A program made the translations under genes and the position numbers. Positions 49,071 to 59,208 of a DNA stretch of 64,000 bases are shown here, piece by piece. The notes beneath the pieces are model-generated. The model saw only the letters and a list, made by a program, of their open reading frames with translations. It searched no databases and had not been told where the DNA came from. Source of the stretch: Zootoca vivipara (lineage: Eukaryota); assembly GCF_963506605.1 (NCBI RefSeq), contig NC_083277.1:8742001-8806000 (forward strand), written 5' to 3'. The stretch's first letter is position 1. Every line of letters begins with the position of its first letter.

Positions 49071-50100
49071 ACTTATTATTATTTTAAAAAGCAAACCAAT
49101 CATTCAAATAAGCCGTTCTAACCAAACAGCTTCAGAAAAAGAGATCGGTCCCACAAAACAAAGTTCCTTAACTGTCCACCCATCTCTTTTAACAAAACAA
49201 AACAAAAGCTGATTCAGGCCGTCCGGAGTGAATGGGTGGTTTTCAACGCTAGTGGATTGCGCAACATGTTCCTTACACAATAACAGCACATTAACGGTGG
49301 GTTTATGCTGCTTTTGTTTGCTCGGCAATGGTTCCCCGATGCTGCCACATGACTGCTGACTGGAGGGGGGCTGTAACGCCACAAAAACGGGAAGCGTGAA
49401 CATTTGTGGTATGAAAAGTGACAGCATTTCAGCAGGAAGCTACGGAATATGCATCAAATGCAAAATGGAGCGGCACAACCACCTCCAAACAACTGCAAGT
49501 GTAGGCAGTTTGGGGAGTGGGGTTGTGTGTGGCCTTGCCCAGAGCATCAGGAGGAAAATCACCACAAATGCACGATGAAAAGGGTGTCTTGCAAGAGGCC
49601 TCATACGCCAAAATAACTTGCGAAGCCCTGGATGCTATTCACTGTGACTTGTCTGAGGGGTTGCAAATTGCCTCCCCCCCCCCCAAAGCAGATAATTATA
49701 CTTTATATATGAAGCAAAATATAAAGAGTCCTTATTATATTATTTACCAGATCTCAGTGAATAAAGCAATTTCTCTCCAGGTAAGAAAAATCAAATTAAA
49801 AAAGAGGGGGGGGGAAGCAGATTTGGGCTAGAGTCTGTGAGTTAATGTGGTTTTTTCTTTTCTTACAAATGCAATAAATGAAACAATAAACCAAAATGCA
49901 TAATAAAGAATAAACATAAAGGAAAGAGGAATAACAAGTTTAAAAAGCTGAAGAAATAATGTATAGCATAAAATATATTTCATGGCAGGGTACAAAGTTT
50001 GAATTGATTGCAAAATATATCAGGAATGCATGAAACGTCACCAGATAAAATCACACTTAGCAGATATGTGCCAGCCATGAGACTGGTTGGTCCTATAAAT

Positions 50101-50238
50101 CAGTGTTTCTCAACCAGTGTGCCTCCAGATGTTTTGGGACTACAACTCCCATCATCCCTAGCTAGCAAGACCAGTGGTCAGGAATGATGGGAGTTGTAGT
50201 GCCAAAACATCTGGAGGCACACTGGTTGAGAAACACTG
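50101..50238. mobile_element. Short palindromic hAT MITE
   Basis: CAGTGTTTCTCAACC TIRs; perfect TSD CTATAAAT. Confidence 0.9.
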
Positions 50239-51290
50239 CTATAAATCACAAACAGCCCCCCAACCTGAGGCAAAATACTACCATTACTATTATGATGATT
50301 TATTAAATTTCTATACAGTACTGCCCTTCATCCAAGGATCGCAGGGCGGTTTATAATATAAAAACACAAAAATGTGTATAATAACAAGCAAAAACAATAT
50401 GCGCTGCAATTGCCCTTGGCAGCACATATTTTATAGGATCAGTTTTTCAGAAAAGGCAACGGGCACAACTTTTTAAAACCACATGCTTAAAGAGTAGCAA
50501 GATGCAGCCTTCCATTCTTGAGAGATCACTAAACAAGTGGCAAGCGGCAGGTAATTAATTAATTAATGCTGTGAATCCTGCATTGCAGGGGGTTGGGCTA
50601 GATGACCCTCAGGGTCCTCCTGCCCAACCCTAACATACTGATTCTAACTGTTAGCAAATAAGATCAGCCTTAGCACCCTCAAAGACAGATAAAAGGCGTA
50701 ACTGAGCATCGAAAGTGACCCGTTTTCCACTAACAAAGTGGTCTCCTTACCCATGGTGAAATACAGTACCACGGTAAAGAGTCTCCGAAGCCAAACGGCT
50801 TGCCTGCCCATAGGATCACAGAATTGTAGAGTCAGAAGGGACACCGAGGGTCATCTAGTCCAACCCGCTGCAGTGCAAGAATCTCAGCTAAAACATATGA
50901 TGACCATAAAGTAAAATAAAATAATAAATAAAAATAATAAATCAGCACTTGATCTTGGCTTTGCCTTAAGGGATCTCTCCCTGCTCCCCGCTCCCTTCTA
51001 CCTTGTTATCATGGATGCTTTAGCTGCAATTCCTGCATTGCAGCGGGTTGGGCTAGATGACCCCCGGGGTCCCTTTCCAACTCCACCATATGATTCCGTG
51101 ACAGGGACCCTGTCTCCTTTTAATCCAGTCAGTCCATTGAGCTTCAATGTTGCCTGCTCGGGCTGGCAGAAGCTTTTCAGGGGGTTTCAGGCAAGTGTCA
51201 CTCCAGACAGGCCAGAGATTTGGACCTTGCACCTTGTGCATGCGGAGCAGCTTCCACGACCCTCCTGCTCCCCCAAGCAAGTGGAGGCTC

Positions 51291-51291
<1 letters not shown>

Positions 51292-51330
<39 letters not shown>

Positions 51331-51580
51331 CACTGCATGTAATTTAAGGCAGATCCTGCAAGGGGGGGAGCACACCCCTCTCCCCCATTTATTCCAGGCA
51401 CTTACAGCAGGACAAGCTCCCTCTCTCCCCCCCCCCACCCACCCCAGATCTGCCCCCCCCCCCCGCTTCCCAGCACTCACAGGCTGTGCAGGATTCAAGC
51501 AGGCAAGATCCAGAGCCTGCTTCACCAATGCACCCAAAAGAAGCCCCTGCAAGCAAGGAGGGTCCTTACAGCCCCCGGGA
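51292..51580 (+). repeat. Source copy of a ~250-bp inverted duplication (partner 58582-58830); includes a putative gene C 5'UTR exon donor
   Basis: Reverse complement of 58582-58830; minus-strand donor CAGCCT|GTGAGT at ~51480. Confidence 0.85.
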
Positions 51581-52289
51581 TGTGGGGCTGCAGGGCCCCG
51601 ATTTCCCAACAAAGCTGCTTCCCCTCCGGGAAGGCATCGCCCCCCTCCCCGCCAGTGACCTCACCGCAGCAGGATCCCCTCCCCTCCTTTGAAAATGGGG
51701 GTTAAAGGCATTGTGTGCAAGGAATGCTGGGACTTGTAGTGCTTCTCCCTCCAGCACCTTTTCCTGACCCAAAGCTTTATGGGGTTTGTAGTCTTTCCTG
51801 GCTTCTGGGAGGAAATTTTGGAAGAGGCTTACAGTATATGCATTCCCTTTCAGGGCATGAACAGTCAAGGGCAGGGGTCAAGATAACAAACTTTTTTTAT
51901 ATCAAAGAATGGAAATGGTTTATTGAATATTTACGGATAAATTGCAAACAGATAAAAACATTGTAATAACCTGCAGTTTTATAATATATATTTAAAGTAG
52001 ATAAATAAATGAACAAATTAAATGAATTTGGATACGCAGAAGATATTAAAAAATAAATTTAAGGAACCACAGAAAAAGGGGGAAGGAAGTCAAGTTTTGA
52101 CATGTTAAAATGATTGTAAAATTATTGAAATGTATAAAACTGAAAAGCATTTTTGTAAAAGAAATTATTTTTTAAAATGCTGCGCCATATCCATATCCAT
52201 ATGCAATGGCAGGATTCAGGCCCCCTTCTGAGCTAAATCCTACAGCCGAGACTCTTAGAAGCAGAAGTTGAATTGCTATAAACAGCACT

Positions 52290-52600
52290 TCTTCTCTGCC
52301 AGCCAATCCCCGCCTCAGTCTCCCAATCTCAGCCAATCAGGATCCTCAATTGCAAACGGGCGCCGCCCCCGGCGGCCCAAAGCGTTGCTGGGAGTTGTGG
52401 TTTTCCTTTTCCCCGGGAACCTTTCCAGGCGCAAGGGTTGCTGGGATCCGTAGTCTTTGCCTTCGTCTTGCTCGCGGAGTCTGCTTTTCCTAGAGAGGCT
52501 CTACGGAGCGAAGAGGAGGCGGAGGAAGGAGCGTCACTTCCGGGCCTCCCAAGCCTACCGTGGGAAAGTGGCCCTCGCCTTTCCCACGGGTGCAGGATGA
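52290..52600. promoter_or_regulatory. CpG-rich promoter for gene D, probably bidirectional with gene C
   Basis: Two CCAAT boxes (AGCCAATC), GC boxes, ETS-type CACTTCCGG, high CpG; lies between divergent genes. Confidence 0.65.
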
Positions 52601-52618
52601 ACGACTCCAGCGGGGCTG
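52597..52618 (+). CDS. Gene D putative first coding exon (MNDSSGA)
   Basis: AGGATGA start context; GCT G|GTGAGT donor, phase 1, matching the ZNF exon acceptor. Confidence 0.55.
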
Positions 52619-53204
52619 GTGAGTTGAAATAGAATGGAAGTAGAATGAATGAATGAATGAATGAATGAATGGCCAGTAGCCATTGAAAATCCTCCTTCAA
52701 TTTGCCTAACACTTTTAAAGCCAGCCAAGATGGCAGCCCACCCCAACATTTTATGGTAGTAAGATGGGAAGGTGCATCACATGGGAAGGTGCAAGAGAGG
52801 CCGGATTTCCCTTCTCCAGGTAGCACCAGACCCAGCGTGGCTGGGAGGTGGTTGTCACAGACTCCTAACCCCCAACTCTCATGAGTCTCACCCAGCATAG
52901 ACAACGATCAGGTATGATGGGAGTTATAGCTCAGTTGGTAAAGCATAAGCCTCTTAACCTGTGGGTTGTAAATTCAAAACCCCACATTGGAAAAAAGATT
53001 CCTGCATTTCAGGGGGTTAGACTAGATGGCCCTCGTGGTCCCTTCCAACTCTACAATTCTATGACATCTGGAGGGTCATGGGTTTCCATGCCTTTTGTTT
53101 AAAACACACCTGTGTCTTGAATGAGTGAATTTGTGCCCTGTTTTGAAGGTCCTGTTTCTTCCTTGCTCTCTTTAAATGTCACTATCTACATGTATATTTG
53201 CCAG

Positions 53205-54286
53205 CAGATGCCATTTATTTGCCAGCAGATGCCATTTGGGAGAATGAGGAGCAGAAGGAAATAACATCCAGGGTGTCACCAGAGAGGATCATGACCGAGG
53301 AGGTGGAAATGAAGATTGGGAACCCAGATGAACCACATAGACAGGATGAAACCCTACCAGAGGACGGCAGGAAAGAATCCTCTGCTTTTCAAGGTGGAGA
53401 CCTCCCAGATGTTCAGGAGATGATAGACACTGAAGAGGACAGGAATAAATGTATCACATGTGAGAAAGTATTCAGAGATGACTCAAACCTTAAGCGGCAT
53501 CAGAGAACCCACACAGGAGAAAAACCTTATCAGTGTTTGTATTGCGGGAAGAGTTTTAGCCGGAACACGAACCTTGCTTCACATCACAGAACCCACACAG
53601 GGGAGAAACCGTATATGTGTTCCGTTTGTAGCAAGACCTTTTGTGATAAATCGAGCCTTAACCGACATCAGAGAACCCATACAGGGGAGAGACCGTATGA
53701 GTGTGACGAGTGTGGGAAGAGCTTTGATCTGAGTCAGTCTCTCATTAGCCACCAGAGAACCCACACGGGAGAGAGGCCCTATAGGTGCTCGGAATGTGGG
53801 AAGACTTTCAACCGGAGTCAGAACCTCTGTAGCCACAAGAGAATCCACACGGGAGAGAAACAGCACAAGTGCTCGGAATGCGGAAAAAGTTTCAGCCGCA
53901 GCCAGAACCTTACGAGGCATCAGAGCAGCCACACAGAGGATAAACTGTATAAGTGCCATGAGTGTGGGAAAAGCTTCCGTCTCAGCCAGTCCCTTATAAG
54001 TCACCAGAGAATTCACACGGGAGAGAAACCATATACGTGCTCCCAGTGCGGGAAAAGCTTCAACCGAAGGCAGAACCTTATCAGCCATCAGAGAATCCAC
54101 ACTGGAGAAAAACAGTACAAATGTTCGGAATGTGGGAAAAGCTTCAACTGGAGCCAAGATCTCCTCCGTCATCAGAGGATCCACACAGGAGAACAACCCT
54201 ATCGCTGCACGGAATGTGGGGAACGCTTCAATCGGCGAGAAAATCTTATCAGACACATGAGAATACATCTGGGAGACACCACTTAA
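53205..54286 (+). CDS. Gene D ZNF exon: acidic linker + 10 C2H2 fingers, no KRAB/SCAN
   Basis: Acceptor TTTGCCAG|CA GAT (duplicated at 53226); ten intact fingers; stop TAA at 54286. Confidence 0.9.
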
Positions 54287-54758
54287 GTTGTAATGGGGGG
54301 GGAGTGATCAGAAGCCAGTTCCTTATCATTCATTTGACAATCCACTTTTATTTTTAAAAGCATGCCATTAGAGAGATCTTTGGTGCGACCACATTTCGAA
54401 TAGTGTATACAGTTCTAGTTGCCTCACCTCAAAAAGGATATTGTGGAGTTGGGAAAGTTTCCGAAAAGAGCAACCCAAATGATCAAGGGAATGGATTGAC
54501 TTCTCCGCCCTGTGTCAGAATTGGGATTGTAAACTCCTGAAGGACAGAAACCTATCTTCTTAATATTACTTTGTAACAAAACATGCCCAACACCATTTGT
54601 ATTCAAATACTTTAAAAGGTTTACATCCCCTAGAAAAAATATGTTCCATCGTAAGGCAGAATGTAAGTGTGTGACAAAAAGTAGCTTCAAACATGCCTTG
54701 TTTTCCTTGTTGGGTTTTTTTTTGCTTCACTTAATATTTATTAAACTGATATCCCGCC

Positions 54759-56285
54759 TGTGAGGGACAGGGGATATCGCGAAGTCCCTCCCCTCCTGAG
54801 TTCAAGCCCATCCCCGAGCACAGGGGAAAGCAGAGAGAGTTCCGATGCCAGTGGGGAAGCAGGAAGTCGGGTCCGAGGCTCAGGCAAGGTAGAGGAGCCA
54901 GGGTCCCAGGTGGGACAGGAAGGGGCGAATAAGGGGGGGAGACCCATCCCCCCAACTCCGGAATTACGCAGAAAGAGGAGGGGAAAGAGGATGGGTCTGC
55001 CAAAGCTTTTGTGTTGGAGAAAGACGCGCCAAAAGCCATTCGGAGGTTCTGAAACCGACTGACCACATCACTCCGTGTAAATAGCAATGACTTCAGCACT
55101 GTAAATACGCAGCACCAATAAAAGAATAAAATGCAGAGCTGCGTAGCGTCGTTACTCTGAAGTAGCCCACTCCGGCCACTGTGACAGCAACCTCCGAATC
55201 CTTTTTTGGGCTACTTTGGAGTTGCCGGGATGAGCGTGTCAGAGGCGGAGAGATGGCGGCAGATCGCGGAGCAAGCCCAGCAAGAACTGCAGCAGCTGTC
55301 GCTGCAGGCGCAGGGGGAATTGAAGGCAGGGAGCAACTCAATGAGGCCACGGCCATCCTGGACTCAAGGTGGGGGGTGGGGGGCCTGGAGTACCTCATGG
55401 CATGGGAGGACGCCCCGCCATCCCAAAATGAATGGGTCCCAGCCACCCAGATACAAGAGGAATTCTTAGTGGAAGAATTCCACGCCCTCTTCCCACACAG
55501 GCCCAAGCCCTGGCACATGGAAAGGGAGGGGGAGGGGGAGGAAGCACGGGAGAGCAGTTCACCATGGCGCTGGGAAGCGGAGTTTGAGGAACCAGAGGAT
55601 GAGGTATGGGTGTCACCGAGATCCACCCAGTCAGAGGAAGGAGCAGATTGGCAGAACATTTTTACCCCTACCAGCTCTGACGCCACAGACTTTTTGGGAT
55701 TCCCGTCCTCCCAGGCGGAAGGGGGGGGCTCGCAGGACTGGGGGGAGGTGTTCACACCAACGGGCTCGGAAAGCACTGAGTTCTTAGGCTTCCAGTCGTC
55801 ACCGACACCTGGGGGGGACCTGGGGAGGGGTGAAGGAGAGCTTGGGAGGGGGGTGGATGTGAGGGACAGGGGATATCGCGAAGTCCCTCCCCTCCTGAGT
55901 TCAAGCCCATCCCCGAGCACAGGGGAAAGCAGAGAGAGTTCCGATGCCAGTGGGGAAGCAGGAAGTCGGGTCCGAGGCTCAGGCAAGGTAGAGGAGCCAG
56001 GGTCCCAGGTGGGACAGGAAGGGGCGAATAAGGGGGGGAGACCCATCCCCCCAACTCCGGAATTACGCAGAAAGAGGAGGGGAAAGAGGATGGGTCTGCC
56101 AAAGCTTTTGTGTTGGAGAAAGACGCGTCAAAAGCCATTCGGAGGTTCTGAAACCGACTGACCACATCACTCCGTGTAAATAGCAATGACTTCAGCACTG
56201 TAAATACGCAGCACCAATAAAAGAATAAAATGCAGAGCTGCGTAGCGTCGTTACTCTGAAGTAGCCCACTCCGGCCACTGTGACA
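54759..56285 (+). mobile_element. Young non-autonomous Tf1/sushi-type (chromovirus) LTR retrotransposon, 1527 bp
   Basis: LTRs 54759-55186 and 55858-56285 (428 bp, TG...CA, one mismatch seen); TSD CCGCC; PPT GGGAGGGGGGTGGA; PBS complementary to the LTR itself; chromodomain ORF. Confidence 0.93.
55253..56161 (+). CDS. Element ORF (302 aa): integrase-type chromodomain + acidic region with two FLGF motifs + basic patch, reading into the 3' LTR
   Basis: AILDSRWGVGGLEYLMAWEDAPPSQNEWVPATQIQEEFLVEEFHALFPHRPKP is a chromovirus chromodomain; a Gag-like coiled-coil start (MSVSEAERWRQIAEQAQQELQQL, ATG 55230) lies in another frame. Confidence 0.65.
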   Translation: MAADRGASPARTAAAVAAGAGGIEGREQLNEATAILDSRWGVGGLEYLMAWEDAPPSQNEWVPATQIQEEFLVEEFHALFPHRPKPWHMEREGEGEEARESSSPWRWEAEFEEPEDEVWVSPRSTQSEEGADWQNIFTPTSSDATDFLGFPSSQAEGGGSQDWGEVFTPTGSESTEFLGFQSSPTPGGDLGRGEGELGRGVDVRDRGYREVPPLLSSSPSPSTGESRESSDASGEAGSRVRGSGKVEEPGSQVGQEGANKGGRPIPPTPELRRKRRGKRMGLPKLLCWRKTRQKPFGGSETD

Positions 56286-56359
56286 CCGCCTTTATTTCTG
56301 AAGGAGTCTATATGCAATGCATTGCTAGCAACAGGAGATTTACTCAGAAAATTTTACTA

Positions 56360-56655
56360 CCCCCATCATTCAGCCCAGACACTGAGGTCCAGCACCGAGG
56401 GCCTGTGGGAAGTGAGGTTACAGGGAAACAGGCAGAGGGCCGTCTCGGTAGTGGTGCCTGCCCTGTGGAATGCCCTCCCATGAGATGTCAGGGAGATAAA
56501 TAACTATCTGACTTTTGGAATACATCTGAAGGCAGCCCTGTTTAGGGAAGTTTTTAATGTTTGATGTTTTATCATGTTTTTAATATTCTGTTGGGAGCTG
56601 CCCATAGTGGCTGGGGAAACCGAGCCAGATGGATGGGGTATAAATAATAAATTAT
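56360..56655 (+). mobile_element. L2 3' fragment
   Basis: Same L2 terminus as the other copies. Confidence 0.7.
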
Positions 56656-56806
56656 TGTTATCATTACTAAATCCCATGGTGCTTGCTTCTACACCTGTCT
56701 TTGCCAACCTGGTGGCATCCAGATGTTTCAGACTACAACTCCCATCAGCCCCAGGCAGCAGGTGAATTTGCCTGATTTTTGATATGACTTAACTCATAAA
56801 TTGCAC

Positions 56807-56967
56807 NNNNNNNNNNNNNNNNNNNNNNNNNNNNNNNNNNNNNNNNNNNNNNNNNNNNNNNNNNNNNNNNNNNNNNNNNNNNNNNNNNNNNNNNNNNNNN
56901 NNNNNNNNNNNNNNNNNNNNNNNNNNNNNNNNNNNNNNNNNNNNNNNNNNNNNNNNNNNNNNNNNNN
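56807..56967. other. Assembly gap (161 N)
   Basis: Run of N. Confidence 1.
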
Positions 56968-57991
56968 TGCTCACTAGTAATAAATCAACTAAGATTTGTT
57001 TTGCCTTTGGTATAATAACTTAGAAGCTGCATTATTCTGAGTAAAACCTCTGGTCTGTCTAGCTCTGTATTGTTGTCGTTGATTGACAGCGGCTTCTCCA
57101 GGATTTCATAGAATAAAAGAATCGTAGAGTTGGATGAAGGAGATGCCACTCCACCATAATTGATGAGTTAGGGAAACAGGCTGAGAAGCAGTTGCACACA
57201 CATATGTGTAAAACCCATTCATGGCACAAGGATCCTGGGAACTGTAGTTGACTCATTTCCCAGACTACAACTCCCATCACCTCTGGCTGTTGGCCGTGCT
57301 GGTTGGGGAGGTGGAATCCAATACCTGGTGGGGTGGGGCACAGGATCAAATCCCACTCACCCCCGGGCTAAGGGGTTGTTTCATTAAACAACATTGTACA
57401 TTAAAAGCACATGACTTCCCCCTCCGCCCAAATGATCCTGGGAATTGCAGTTCACCCCTCACAGAGCTACAATTCCCAGCCCCCTTAACAGGTAAAAAGG
57501 GTAAAGGTCCCCTCAAAGAATCTGGAAACTCGTTGGTTGTACAGTCATACCTCAAGTTGCGTTCAGGTTACGGTTTCGCCGCATGCGCAAAAGCGCTAAA
57601 TTGCGCACATGCGCAGATGCAGCACTTCAGCTTGCGCCAGTTCCGTGTTACAGACGGTCCTCCGGAACGGATCCCATCCGTAACACGAGGTTCCACTGTA
57701 TGTTGCTTTGGGTTGCCTTGAGCAACATAAATTTAATTAATAATAACAACAGTAACTACAACTGTAGAGAGCCAGTGTGGCATAATGGTTAGAGCGACCA
57801 GGGTTCAAATCCCTACTCGGCCATGAAGCTCACTGGATGACCTTGGGCCAGTCGCTGCCTCTTGGCCTAACCTACTTCACAGGTCTAGTTACAGGTAGGT
57901 AGCCGTGTTGGTCTGGTGTAGTCAAAACAAAAACAAACAAACAAAAAAATTATTCCAGTAGCACCTTAGAGACCAACTAAGTTTGTCATTG

Positions 57992-58029
57992 GTATGAGCT
58001 TTCGTGTGCATGCACACTTCCTCAGATAC
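57992..58029 (-). ncRNA. Minimal hammerhead ribozyme motif in a Penelope terminal fragment (57887-58029)
   Basis: Minus strand GTAT-CTGAGGA-A-GTGTGCATGCACAC-GAAA-GCTC-ATAC. Confidence 0.65.
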
Positions 58030-58525
58030 TCTTAATCTCAGGGTCATGAGTTCGAGCCCCGCGTTGGGTGAAAGTTTCCTGCATTGCTGGGGGCTGGACT
58101 AGATGACCTTTGGGCGTACCTTCCAAATTCAATGATCATGGTGGTGGTGGTGATAAGGATGATAAGGAGCCCTCGATCCATGCATGTCTGTCCATGCAGT
58201 CCTAAAGAAGCTAGACTATCCTCCCCAAGGGCCAGAGCCTTTTAAGTGATGGCATTGACCTGGTCTTCAATTTAGCCTGGCCTTCAATTTAGCCTGATCT
58301 GTCATCCCTTTTCCCTTTCCTTTTTTAAGGAAGAAACCCTTCTGGGTCTCCACATAAAAATTTCCCCTGGTCTCCTTGCTGGACTTAGCAGGACTAACTT
58401 GGCCAGTTGCCCTGGTGATGCTATATTGATGTGCATTTTACGATGTTTTAAAGTTGTTTTAGGTTGATGTTTTATAGTTGTTGTTAGCCGCCCTGAGCCC
58501 GGTTCCTAAACCGGGAAGGGATAAA

Positions 58526-58581
<56 letters not shown>

Positions 58582-58583
<2 letters not shown>

Positions 58584-58827
58584 CCCGGGGGCTGTAAGGA
58601 CCCTCCTTGCTTGCAGGGGCTTCCTTTGGGTGCATTGGAGAAGCAGGCTCTGGATCTTGCCTGCTTGAATCCTGCACAGCCTGTGAGTGCTGGGAAGCGG
58701 GGAGGGGGCAGATCTGGGGTGGGTGAGGGGAGAGAAAGGGAGCCTGTCCTGCTGTAAGTGCCTGGAATAAATGGGGGGAGGGGTGCGCTCCCCCCTTGCA
58801 GGAGCCTGCCTTAAATTACATGCAGTG

Positions 58828-58830
<3 letters not shown>
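58582..58830 (-). repeat. Inverted duplicate of 51329-51580 embedded in (AAT)n tracts
   Basis: Direct sequence match; flanked by AAT repeats at 58527-58582 and 58828-58906. Confidence 0.85.
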
Positions 58831-58908
<78 letters not shown>

Positions 58909-58909
58909 A

Positions 58910-59208
58910 AAGCGAGTCCCCCAATGGGCGGCGAAAGCTGCGCATCCTCAGCACCGGCCACCCTAGGAGCCAGCCCGCGCGCGAAGAGTTAAAACGATAG
59001 AGCTGCAGCAGCGCCTCCGCCGCCGCCGCCGAGGAGAGGCGGACGAAGAACACTCTCTGCCCACCTCTTACCAGTTCAGGAGAGGGAGGCTGGGGACAGA
59101 GCGGAGGCCCCTCGCTGCTCCCTCGCCCTCCCAGCCCAGCCCCCCCCCCACCCGGCCAGGGCTTCTTGCAGAGCGAGGGCATCTGCGCCCGGGAATCCGC
59201 TCCAGGAG
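58910..59208 (+). promoter_or_regulatory. CpG island promoter and probable non-coding first exon of an unidentified + strand gene
   Basis: CCAAT, GC boxes, TTAAAA, (GCC)n, dense CpG; donor CAGGAG|GTGAGT at 59208/59209. Confidence 0.6.

Noticed and set aside
54759-56285. Assembly-artefact duplication near the gap
   Set aside because: TG...CA ends, perfect 5-bp TSD, PPT and self-priming PBS identify a genuine LTR element.
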